This document shows, one piece after another, positions 9,807 to 18,432 of a DNA stretch of 27,594 nt. The notes beneath the pieces were generated by a model, which saw nothing but the letters and a program-made list of their open reading frames with translations, was not told the DNA's origin and searched no databases. The position numbers and the translations under genes were made by a program. The DNA comes from Tubiluchus corallicola (Eukaryota > Animalia > Priapulida): positions 1 through 27,594 of the forward strand of contig JAQGDQ010002463.1 of NCBI GenBank assembly GCA_030141605.1, given 5' to 3'. The first letter of the stretch is position 1. The number at the start of each line of letters is the position of its first letter.

Positions 9807-11021
9807 ATGTATAAAATGGCAATTAGAAATTTATTAAGAAATAAAAAAAGGTCTGCTTTAACAATAATAGCAGTTTTTATAGGGATAGCAGGCATAATAG
9901 TAGGAAGAGGATGGATACTTGGGCTAGAAGAACTTTTTATTAAAGAAGGAAAAAAACTTACTGGTGATATTAGAATAACTGACACTGATTATGAAGTAAA
10001 ATCCAAAACTATGGATGCATCTTCAAATATTGACTATAACAAATTAAAGCAAAAACTGCATAGTAAAAAAATAGAAGATGAAAAAATAGTTGGAAGAATA
10101 AAATTTGGAGCATTAGTATATTATGAAGATAAAGATGAAAAAGCATTAGGGTATGGAATAGAAGAAAAAGATATGAAATATTTAGAATTTGAAAATTACT
10201 TATATGAAGGTAGATTTTTAAATTACTCAAATGAAGGAGAAATATTAGTAGGAGATAGAATAAAAAAGAAATTAAATTTAGAGTTAAATGATGAAGTGTC
10301 AGTATTTACATCAACTCAACACAAATCAATGTCTCTTTTAAACTACAAAATAGTAGGATTTTATAAAATGGATAATAATCATTTAAATAGAAGTTTTTAC
10401 TTAACAATAAATGATGCAGCTTATCTTCTTGATATGGAAAGTAGTGTTAACGAAGTTCTTATTTATAGTGAAACAGAAAAAGAAGTCAAGGAATATAAAA
10501 AAAATATATCTAAAGAACTTGGAGAGAAATACTTAATAAAAGCTTGGGATGAAATAGGTATGAGTGCTTACTTAGTTCAAAGTATGCCAATAATGAAAAT
10601 ATTGTTTATTGGGATACTAGCAATACTCTCAGGAGTAGGAATAACAAATACAATGGTAATGATAGTATTTGAAAGAAGAAGAGAAATTGGAGTATTAAAA
10701 TCACAAGGAATGAAAAATTCTCAAATAAGATTATTATTATGTTTAGAGGGAATCATATTGGGAATACTGGGATCTTTACTAGGAATGCTTTTAGGAGGAG
10801 CATTAGTATACTATTTTTCAATAAAAGGAATAAATCTAGGAAGTGTAATGGAGGTAATGTCAAGTGAACTTAATATAAAAAGCATCATTTATATGTCTTT
10901 TACAAAAAAAGCTCTATTTGAAGCATTTTTTTTAGGAATACTAGTGGCGTACTTAGCAACTTTATTAGCAATTAACCCTGAATTGAAAAAAGAAGCTGTT
11001 GAAAATATGAGAGCAATTTAG
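9807..11021 (+). CDS. FtsX/LolC-LolE-type ABC permease 2
   Basis: AIRNLLRNKKRS and ERRREIGVLKSQG, with the same 1+3 TM topology. Confidence 0.9.
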   Translation: MYKMAIRNLLRNKKRSALTIIAVFIGIAGIIVGRGWILGLEELFIKEGKKLTGDIRITDTDYEVKSKTMDASSNIDYNKLKQKLHSKKIEDEKIVGRIKFGALVYYEDKDEKALGYGIEEKDMKYLEFENYLYEGRFLNYSNEGEILVGDRIKKKLNLELNDEVSVFTSTQHKSMSLLNYKIVGFYKMDNNHLNRSFYLTINDAAYLLDMESSVNEVLIYSETEKEVKEYKKNISKELGEKYLIKAWDEIGMSAYLVQSMPIMKILFIGILAILSGVGITNTMVMIVFERRREIGVLKSQGMKNSQIRLLLCLEGIILGILGSLLGMLLGGALVYYFSIKGINLGSVMEVMSSELNIKSIIYMSFTKKALFEAFFLGILVAYLATLLAINPELKKEAVENMRAI

Positions 11022-11048
11022 GATTTATAAACCATTGGAGGGTTTAAA

Positions 11049-11777
11049 ATGAAGTCTTTTGTTATCATGCTGCTATTTTTAATTAGTTTAAATGTATTTG
11101 CAATAACAGCAGAAGAAATAATAGAGAAAGTAGATTACAACATGACACCTACTTCTATTGTTTATAAAGGAAAAATGTTAATTCATAAAGGTGAAAAAAC
11201 TTATACTAAGGTATTTGAAATGTATGCAGTGGGAAATAGTAATGGCTTTGTAGAGTTCTTGTCTCCTGTTAGAGATAAAGGTACGAAATATTTGAGAAAG
11301 GATAAAAATTTATGGATATATTTTCCAAAGGCAAATAGAACAATAAAAATATCAGGACATATGTTAAGGCAAAATATGATGGGAAGTGATATATCATATG
11401 AAGATCAAACAGACAGAAATGACTTAGCTTCTCAATATGATGTAAAAATATTAAAAGAAGACGATAATTATTATGTGTTAGAATTATTAGCTAAACCAAA
11501 TAAAAATATAACTTATTATAAAAGAATATTAAAGATAGATAAATCAAATTTTACTATAAAGGAATCTGATTTATATGCTAAATCTGGAAAACTACTAAAG
11601 GAAATGAAAGTAAATGAAATAAAGAAAGTTGGGAATAGATATTATATAACAAAATTTAAAATGGACGATAAAATAAAAAAAGATTCTTACACTGAGATAA
11701 TAGTAACAGATTTAAAAATAGATGAGAACATACCTGATTCCACATTTACAATAAAAAATTTAGAAAAGAAAAATTAG
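11049..11777 (+). CDS. Outer-membrane lipoprotein-sorting protein (LolA-like family)
   Basis: Signal peptide ending VFA. Family motifs F.SP..DKGTKYL, LWIYFP, MGSDISYED and SGKLLKEM. Confidence 0.85.
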   Translation: MKSFVIMLLFLISLNVFAITAEEIIEKVDYNMTPTSIVYKGKMLIHKGEKTYTKVFEMYAVGNSNGFVEFLSPVRDKGTKYLRKDKNLWIYFPKANRTIKISGHMLRQNMMGSDISYEDQTDRNDLASQYDVKILKEDDNYYVLELLAKPNKNITYYKRILKIDKSNFTIKESDLYAKSGKLLKEMKVNEIKKVGNRYYITKFKMDDKIKKDSYTEIIVTDLKIDENIPDSTFTIKNLEKKN

Positions 11778-11801
11778 AGCTCTGTTAAACAGAGCTTTTT
11801 T
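11778..11801 (+). terminator. Rho-independent terminator
   Basis: AGCTCTGT-taa-ACAGAGCT plus TTTTT directly after the stop codon. Confidence 0.8.
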
Positions 11802-11988
11802 GTGAGATCTAAAATTAAATTTTGATTTATATAAAAATATTTGATAAAGTATAACCTTAAACATCTATGTGATAATAATTTAATAAAATTTAAATTGTTT
11901 TTTAGTATTTTATTGAAAGGTTTCTTATTACCAACTGTGACTGACATTATACAAAGGGGCTCAGTATGCAACTTATAAAGGAGGATCT

Positions 11989-13137
11989 GTGAAAGAATTT
12001 GAAAAGCTATATAATAATTTAAACTTAAAAGAAGGAATAGATATATTAGAAAATTTTTTAATAGAAGTTTTTTTATATGGGCCTATATCTAATAAAAATA
12101 TGTGTTTAAAATTAAACTTACCTATCCCTATAATAACTGCAATAAAAAATGAATTTATAAAATATGGATTTATTGAAAAAAATAAAGGAATGGAGATAAG
12201 CAAAAGGGGAAAAATATTTATAGAAAATAAATTAGGATATAAGGGGGTAAACACTAAATTATTGAAAAAAATAAAAGAATATAGTTGTACAGCAGCGGAA
12301 TTTGAAGAAGAGCTTGAAATACTAAAAGACATATTTGAAAATAGACCAAAAGTAGACGTAACTATAGATCAGTCAAAATCGACACCTTTAACAGCTTTTA
12401 ATAGAGTAATGTTAGCCCTAAAAAATAACGCAATAATCAATAAGTCAGTAGTATTTCTTGGAGATGATGATTTTATATCTATAGCAACTATTTTAATACT
12501 AAAAAAATTATACACAAATATAAAAAATTCAAAAGTAAATTTGTATGTACTTGATATAGATGAAAGGATTTTAAATTATATAAAAGAATTATCAGATAAA
12601 TATAATTTTACAGTTAATACTAAAAAAATTAATTTAAAAGACAGATTATTAGAAAATTTAGAAAACATGTCAAATACAGTATTTATAGATCCTCCCTATA
12701 CTTTAAATGGACTAAAATTATTTTTAGCTAGAGGAAATCAAATTTTAAAAGAAGGTAAAGGAAATAAAATATTTTTATCATTTTCACATAAAGATACAGA
12801 CTTTACTTTAAAAATGCAAGAAATTATAAATAAATCAGGCTTTATAATAAATAGTATTTATAAAAATTTTAATGAATATGAAGGAGCAACTATCCTAGGA
12901 AATAGAGGGCAAATTATAGTGCTAGAAAGTAGTGGTAATAAAAAACCTTGTAAGTATTTAGATTTTCATGAAAAAATATATACAAATGAATTTTCTAGTA
13001 AAATAAAATTATATAAATGTAAAAATTGTGGTAAAATAATTGAGCTAAATAAAAACTCAGAAATTAATACTATTGAAAAACTTAAAGAAAAAGGTTGCCC
13101 ATTTTGTAGTGGATCTATATTTAACTATCATAAATAA
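11989..13137 (+). CDS. Bis-aminopropyl spermidine synthase (BpsA/DUF43)-family protein with an N-terminal extension and a C-terminal Zn ribbon
   Basis: RP....IDQ...T motif, FLGDDDFIS, LDIDERIL and DPPYTLNGLKLF. C-terminal CKNC...CPFC. GTG start with AGGAGG RBS. Confidence 0.78.
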   Translation: MKEFEKLYNNLNLKEGIDILENFLIEVFLYGPISNKNMCLKLNLPIPIITAIKNEFIKYGFIEKNKGMEISKRGKIFIENKLGYKGVNTKLLKKIKEYSCTAAEFEEELEILKDIFENRPKVDVTIDQSKSTPLTAFNRVMLALKNNAIINKSVVFLGDDDFISIATILILKKLYTNIKNSKVNLYVLDIDERILNYIKELSDKYNFTVNTKKINLKDRLLENLENMSNTVFIDPPYTLNGLKLFLARGNQILKEGKGNKIFLSFSHKDTDFTLKMQEIINKSGFIINSIYKNFNEYEGATILGNRGQIIVLESSGNKKPCKYLDFHEKIYTNEFSSKIKLYKCKNCGKIIELNKNSEINTIEKLKEKGCPFCSGSIFNYHK

Positions 13138-13185
13138 AAAGCTAATATATTATAAAAGTTGTGAAAAGAAAGGGTGACATTTACT

Positions 13186-14058
13186 ATGAAAAAAATTAAA
13201 AAAGCTATTATTCCAGCAGCAGGACTAGGGACTAGAGTACTTCCTGCAACTAAAGCACAACCTAAAGAAATGCTAGTATTAGTAGATAAACCGTCATTAC
13301 AATATTTAGTTGAAGAATTAGTTGACTCTGGAATAGAGGAAATTTTAATAGTAACTGGAAGAAATAAAAGTGCAATAGAAAACCACTTTGATGTATCTTA
13401 TGAACTTGAAACAATATTAGAGAAAAGTGGAAAATTAGAATTGCTAAGCAAGGTACAAAGAATATCAAATATGGCTCACATATATTATGTCAGACAAAAA
13501 AAACCTCTAGGCCTAGGGCATGCTATATTATGTGGAAAATCATTTGTTGGAGACGAACCTTTTGTAGTTGTACTAGGTGATGATATAGTTCATAATAAGG
13601 TTCCTGCAACTAAACAATTACTTGACAAATATTATAAGTATGGAGGTTCTATTTTAGGAGTTCAAGAGGTACCAAAAGCAGATACTTCAAAATATGGGAT
13701 AATATCACCTAATGAACATTTAGATGACAAAACAGTAGACATAAAAGATCTAATAGAAAAACCTAAAGTAGAAGATTCACCTAGTAATTATGCTGTTTTA
13801 GGAAGATATTTGTTACCTAGTAAAATATTTAAGTATTTACAAAATACAAAACCTGGAAAAAATGAAGAAATTCAACTTACAGATTCTATATTGAAAATGT
13901 TAAAAGATGGAGAAAAAGTATTAGCATATAATTTTGAAGGAAAAAGATATGATATAGGAAGTAAAATAGGGCTCTTTAAAGCAAATATAGAGCTTGCTTT
14001 AAAACACCCTGAAATAAAAGATGACGTCAAAGAATATTTAAAAAATTTAAATCTATAA
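13186..14058 (+). CDS. galU: UTP--glucose-1-phosphate uridylyltransferase
   Basis: IPAAGLGTRVLPATKAQPKEML, LGLGHA, LGDD, IEKP, EIQLTD and RYDIG. Confidence 0.96.
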   Translation: MKKIKKAIIPAAGLGTRVLPATKAQPKEMLVLVDKPSLQYLVEELVDSGIEEILIVTGRNKSAIENHFDVSYELETILEKSGKLELLSKVQRISNMAHIYYVRQKKPLGLGHAILCGKSFVGDEPFVVVLGDDIVHNKVPATKQLLDKYYKYGGSILGVQEVPKADTSKYGIISPNEHLDDKTVDIKDLIEKPKVEDSPSNYAVLGRYLLPSKIFKYLQNTKPGKNEEIQLTDSILKMLKDGEKVLAYNFEGKRYDIGSKIGLFKANIELALKHPEIKDDVKEYLKNLNL

Positions 14059-14079
14059 TCTATAAGAAAGGAGTTTAAA

Positions 14080-14796
14080 ATGACAAGGCAAAACTTAAGG
14101 AGACTAACAATTTTTATATTTTTTCTATTAGCTCCAATTATATTAAATTATACTTCACCTTTTTTAAGCCTAAATGGAGCTTTTAAAGGGATAGTTAGTG
14201 GTAGTCTAATAGTATTTATGTTATTATTTGTAATTTCAATTTTTTTTGGTAGAGTATTTTGTAGCTGGATGTGTCCTGGTGGTGGAATTCAAGAAGCTTG
14301 CTTTAGATTTGTGTCAAAGAAAAATACAAATAAATATAATTGGATAAAATTTATTATTTGGGGTATTTGGCTTGGGATAATAGTATTTGCTATTATAAAA
14401 TCTGGAGCAATTAAATTGGATTTTTTCTATTTAACAGAGAATAAAATATCTATAGACAAGCCATCTGGTTTTATAATTTATTATATGATGATGACTATGG
14501 TAATTGTGAGTAATATACTATTAGGCCGAAGAGCTGCATGCCACTATATGTGCTGGATATCTCCATTTATGATTTTAGGAAAAAAATTAGGTAATAAACT
14601 TAATTTACAAATGCTCAGAATAGAAAATAATAAAAACCTATGTATTTCATGCAAACAGTGTAATAAAGCTTGTCCTATGGATTTAGAGGTTGATAAAATG
14701 GCAAAGGATAAATTTGAACATACAGAATGTATATTTTGCGGAGAATGTGTTGATACTTGTCCAAAGGATGTACTAAAGTTTAAAGCAGGAAAATAA
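14080..14796 (+). CDS. Membrane-bound 4Fe-4S binding protein (NapH/YccM-like)
   Basis: TM helices, GRVFCSWMCP and ACHYMCW. Two ferredoxin motifs, CISCKQCNKACP and CIFCGECVDTCP. Confidence 0.85.
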   Translation: MTRQNLRRLTIFIFFLLAPIILNYTSPFLSLNGAFKGIVSGSLIVFMLLFVISIFFGRVFCSWMCPGGGIQEACFRFVSKKNTNKYNWIKFIIWGIWLGIIVFAIIKSGAIKLDFFYLTENKISIDKPSGFIIYYMMMTMVIVSNILLGRRAACHYMCWISPFMILGKKLGNKLNLQMLRIENNKNLCISCKQCNKACPMDLEVDKMAKDKFEHTECIFCGECVDTCPKDVLKFKAGK

Positions 14797-14832
14797 AATA
14801 AATGCTATTATTTTTTATTCTTATGCATATAA

Positions 14833-14864
14833 TTAGCTATATTAAATACATTTAATATAGCTAA
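14833..14864. promoter_or_regulatory. Perfect 15-bp inverted repeat upstream of nfnA
   Basis: TTAGCTATATTAAAT-ac-ATTTAATATAGCTAA. Confidence 0.5.
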
Positions 14865-14890
14865 AATAATATAAAGCACGGAGGAACCTT

Positions 14891-15715
14891 ATGTATGAGA
14901 TACTGAAAAAAATAAGATTAAATGATAACGTTGAAGAAATGGAAATATATGCTCCTTTTACGGCTAAAAGAGCAAAACCAGGACAATTTTTAATACTTAT
15001 GGTAAAAGAAGATGGAGAAAGAATTCCCTTAACTATTGTTGCTTCTAATAAAGAAAAAGAAAGTATCAGTATCATTTACCAAAATGTTGGATATACAACA
15101 AATTTGTTGTGGAATAAAAAGGAAAAAGATGCTTTATACGCTGTAGCAGGACCACTAGGAAAAGCAATTGAAATAAACTTAGAAAATAAAAAAATTCTTG
15201 GTGTAGCAGGAGGAGTTGGAGCAGCTCCTATATATCCACAACTTAAGGCATATAAAGCTAAGAATAACACAGTAGATTTGATATTAGGAGCAAGAAATAA
15301 AGATTTTTTAATATTAGAAAGTAAGTTTAAAGATGTGGTAGACAATCTGTATTTGTGCACAGATGATGGTTCAAAAGGTGAAAAAGGTTTTGTAACAAAC
15401 AAGTTAAAAAGTTTAGCTGAAAAAAATAATTATGATTTAGTAATAACAATAGGTCCACTTAGAATGATGAAAGCAGTTGTTAGTGTGACAAAATCACTAT
15501 GTATACATACATCAGTTTCTTTAAATACAATGATGATAGACGGAACTGGTATGTGTGGAGGATGTAGGTTAACCTATAACGGCAAAACTAAGTTTGCTTG
15601 TGTAGATGGACCTGATTTTGATGGGTTTAAAGTTGACTTTCATGAACTAATTCTTAAAGAAAATATATATGTAGAAGAAGAAAAGCATATGTGTAAAATA
15701 AAAAATATATTATAG
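14891..15715 (+). CDS. nfnA: NfnA/SudB-type ferredoxin-NADP+ reductase small subunit
   Basis: KPGQF, GERIPLT, GPLG, GGVG.AP, and the [2Fe-2S] motif DGTGMCGGCR...CVDGP with an Asp ligand. Confidence 0.88.
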   Translation: MYEILKKIRLNDNVEEMEIYAPFTAKRAKPGQFLILMVKEDGERIPLTIVASNKEKESISIIYQNVGYTTNLLWNKKEKDALYAVAGPLGKAIEINLENKKILGVAGGVGAAPIYPQLKAYKAKNNTVDLILGARNKDFLILESKFKDVVDNLYLCTDDGSKGEKGFVTNKLKSLAEKNNYDLVITIGPLRMMKAVVSVTKSLCIHTSVSLNTMMIDGTGMCGGCRLTYNGKTKFACVDGPDFDGFKVDFHELILKENIYVEEEKHMCKIKNIL

Positions 15716-15723
15716 GAGATACT

Positions 15724-17106
15724 ATGAACTTTAATATGTCAAAAATTAAAGTTAAAATGAGAGAAATACCTAACAAAGATGCTAAAACAACCTTTAAAGA
15801 AGTCGACTTAGGATATTCCTTAGAAGAAGCAATGGAGGAGGCTAAAAGATGTATTCAGTGTAAAGTAGCAAAATGTAGCCTAAATTGTCCTGTAAACGTC
15901 CTTATAAAAGAATTTATCAAAGAAATAACTGATGGAAATATAAAAAAATCATTTAAATATTTAACTAAAAACAATGCATTACCAGCTATTTGTGGCAGAG
16001 TATGCCCTCAAGAAGATCAGTGTGAAAAAGTCTGTATAAGGGGAATAAAAGATGAGCCTGTTGCAATAGGTAGACTAGAAAGATTTGTAGCTGATTATTA
16101 TAGAGAAAATTACAAAGAAAAGCCAGTGAAAAACATTGAGACTAATGGTTTGAGGGTAGCAATAATAGGAAGTGGCCCTGCAAGTTTGACAGCTGCAGGA
16201 GAGCTTGCAAAGTTAAGCTATGAAGTAACAATATTTGAAGCACTTCATAAAGAAGGTGGAGTATTAACATATGGAATCCCTGAATTTAGATTACCTAAAA
16301 AAGTAGTGGAGTATGAGATAAGTAAAATAAAGGAATTAGGAGTAAAAATATATACTAATGTAGTAATTGGACAATCAATAACAATAGAAGAGTTAAAAGA
16401 AGAGGGGTATAAAGCTATTTTTGTTGGAAGTGGAGCAGGAGGTCCTAACTTTTTAAACATAGAAGGGGAAAATTTAAAAGGAGTTTATTCTGCAAATGAA
16501 TTTTTAACAAGGATAAATTTGATGAAAGCCCATAAAGGTAACACTCCAATTAAAATAGGGCAAAATGTTGCTGTAATTGGTGGAGGAAATGTCGCAATGG
16601 ATGCTGCAAGAACAGCAGTTAGACTTGGAAGTAAAAATGTCTATATAATATATAGAAGAAGTGAAAATGAACTTCCAGCAAGAAAAGAAGAAGTAACACA
16701 TGCGAAAAATGAAGGAATTCTATTTAAATTATTATCAAATCCTTCTGCAATAATTGGAGAAAAAGGAAGTGTAAAGTACTTAGAATATACAAATATGAAA
16801 CTAGGTAAGCCTGATAGTTCTGGCAGAAAAAGGCCTATTCCAATAGATGGAAATAAATGTAAGCTAGCTATTGATTCAATCATAATCGCTATAGGTCAAA
16901 AGCCAAATTCAATAATAAAAAATACAACAAAGGGCTTAGAAGTAAATAAATGGGGAGGAATAGTAATAGACGAAAAGACTCTAGAAACTAGTATAGAAAA
17001 TATATATGCTGGTGGAGATGTGGTAACAGGAGCTGCAACTGTTATCCTTGCAATGGAATCAGGAAAAAAAGCGTCTAAGCTCATTCATCAAAAACTTTCG
17101 AGTTAA
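15724..17106 (+). CDS. nfnB: NfnB/SudA-type large subunit (homologous to glutamate synthase beta)
   Basis: EAKRCIQC, CP, CGRVCPQEDQCE, GSGPA, YGIPEFRLP, GGGNVAMD and GGDVVTGAATVILAM. Paired with nfnA, and no gltB is adjacent. Confidence 0.88.
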   Translation: MNFNMSKIKVKMREIPNKDAKTTFKEVDLGYSLEEAMEEAKRCIQCKVAKCSLNCPVNVLIKEFIKEITDGNIKKSFKYLTKNNALPAICGRVCPQEDQCEKVCIRGIKDEPVAIGRLERFVADYYRENYKEKPVKNIETNGLRVAIIGSGPASLTAAGELAKLSYEVTIFEALHKEGGVLTYGIPEFRLPKKVVEYEISKIKELGVKIYTNVVIGQSITIEELKEEGYKAIFVGSGAGGPNFLNIEGENLKGVYSANEFLTRINLMKAHKGNTPIKIGQNVAVIGGGNVAMDAARTAVRLGSKNVYIIYRRSENELPARKEEVTHAKNEGILFKLLSNPSAIIGEKGSVKYLEYTNMKLGKPDSSGRKRPIPIDGNKCKLAIDSIIIAIGQKPNSIIKNTTKGLEVNKWGGIVIDEKTLETSIENIYAGGDVVTGAATVILAMESGKKASKLIHQKLSS

Positions 17107-17224
17107 ATTATTTATACCAAACAATAGTAATCTTCATTTTTATAATTTAAATAAATTTATATCAGGTAAAGATAATTTTGATTTTTAAAAACAATTTAAA
17201 ATATCATAGAGTTTTTCTAATTTT

Positions 17225-17262
17225 AAATAGTTTAGTTCTTTTAAAAAAACGCTAAACTATTT
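17225..17262. terminator. Stem-loop terminator after nfnB
   Basis: AAATAGTTTAG ... CTAAACTATTT inverted repeat. Confidence 0.55.
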
Positions 17263-17299
17263 CTTAGTGCTACTACCTATTAAATTTTTATCCCTTCTA

Positions 17300-17308
17300 T
17301 GCTATAAT
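17300..17308 (+). promoter_or_regulatory. Extended -10 promoter for dprA-argS
   Basis: TGCTATAAT about 45 nt upstream of the dprA ATG, which has an AGGAGG RBS. Confidence 0.45.
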
Positions 17309-17353
17309 ACATTGGTATACTTATCTTTTTAATTATTATTTTGTAGGAGGATT

Positions 17354-18424
17354 ATGAATAGTTGGTACAAATTACTTTGTGCAGGTATTTCAAATACAAA
17401 TATAGCTATATTGATGAAGCACTTTGATAAATATGAGGATGTTTTAAAGAAGGATTTTTCATATTATCAAAAAAACTATCGATTTAAAAACAGTACAATA
17501 ATAAATATTTTAGAAAGTTATAAAATATCTTTAGATAAGGAAATTGAAAGATATGATAAAGAAAATATAAAAATCATATCATTAAAAGACAAAAACTATC
17601 CTTTATTATTAAAAGAAATAGCAAACCCTCCTGTTTTTATACATTGTAAAGGAAAAATTTTATTCCCTCAAAAAACAATTGGAGTTGTTGGGACAAGAAA
17701 AATGACTTTGTATGGGAAAAATGCTACAAAAAAATTTGTAGAAAGATTAGTTAAAGAAAATATAAGTATTGTAAGTGGTTTAGCTAGTGGAGTAGATGCT
17801 ATTGCCCACTCTACAGCTTTGGAAAGTAAAGGGTATACAATTGCAGTAGTTGGCTCAGGTTTAGATGTAAAGTATCCTCCTGAAAATAGAAAACTTTGGG
17901 AAAAAATAGAGAAAGAGGGTACGATAATTTCAGAGTATAAACTTGGAATTGAACCATTTAGGTGGAATTTTCCAGCAAGGAATAGAATAATTGTAGGTTT
18001 AGCTAAAGGTATTTTAATAACAGAGTGCTTTAAAAAAGGTGGTGCTTTAATAACTGGAAAAATATCCTTAGATGAAAATAGAGAGCTTTATGCTGTACCT
18101 GGCTTTATTAATTATCCTTCTTATGAAGGTTGTAACAATTTAATAAAACAAGGTGAAGCAAAGTTAGTTACAAATATAAACGATATATTACAAGAGTTAA
18201 ATTGGAAAAAAAATAAAACCTTAAACATACTTACAAAGGAATTAAATATAGATCTAAATCATGAAGAAAAAATAATATACAATCAATTAATTGTTGAAAA
18301 AAATTTAGATGAATTAATAAAAGAAACGAAATTAAATGGAAAAACTATACTATCATATATTACTAGATTAGAATTGAAGAATTTAGTAAAAAGCATACCT
18401 GGTGGAAAGTATGTACGATTATAG
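17354..18424 (+). CDS. dprA: DNA-processing protein DprA/Smf
   Basis: YP.LL.EI..PP, VVGTR, VSGLASGVD..AH, FPARNRII, GCN.LI..GEAK, and a C-terminal wHTH. Confidence 0.95.
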   Translation: MNSWYKLLCAGISNTNIAILMKHFDKYEDVLKKDFSYYQKNYRFKNSTIINILESYKISLDKEIERYDKENIKIISLKDKNYPLLLKEIANPPVFIHCKGKILFPQKTIGVVGTRKMTLYGKNATKKFVERLVKENISIVSGLASGVDAIAHSTALESKGYTIAVVGSGLDVKYPPENRKLWEKIEKEGTIISEYKLGIEPFRWNFPARNRIIVGLAKGILITECFKKGGALITGKISLDENRELYAVPGFINYPSYEGCNNLIKQGEAKLVTNINDILQELNWKKNKTLNILTKELNIDLNHEEKIIYNQLIVEKNLDELIKETKLNGKTILSYITRLELKNLVKSIPGGKYVRL

Positions 18425-18432
18425 GAGGACTA

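Noticed and set aside
11930-11975. ZMP/ZTP or SAM-I riboswitch
   Set aside because: Only a short 5' resemblance. The ZTP 3' pseudoknot hairpin and the SAM-I core are absent.
15724-17106. True glutamate synthase small subunit (gltD)
   Set aside because: No large subunit is adjacent, and it is paired with an NfnA-type gene.
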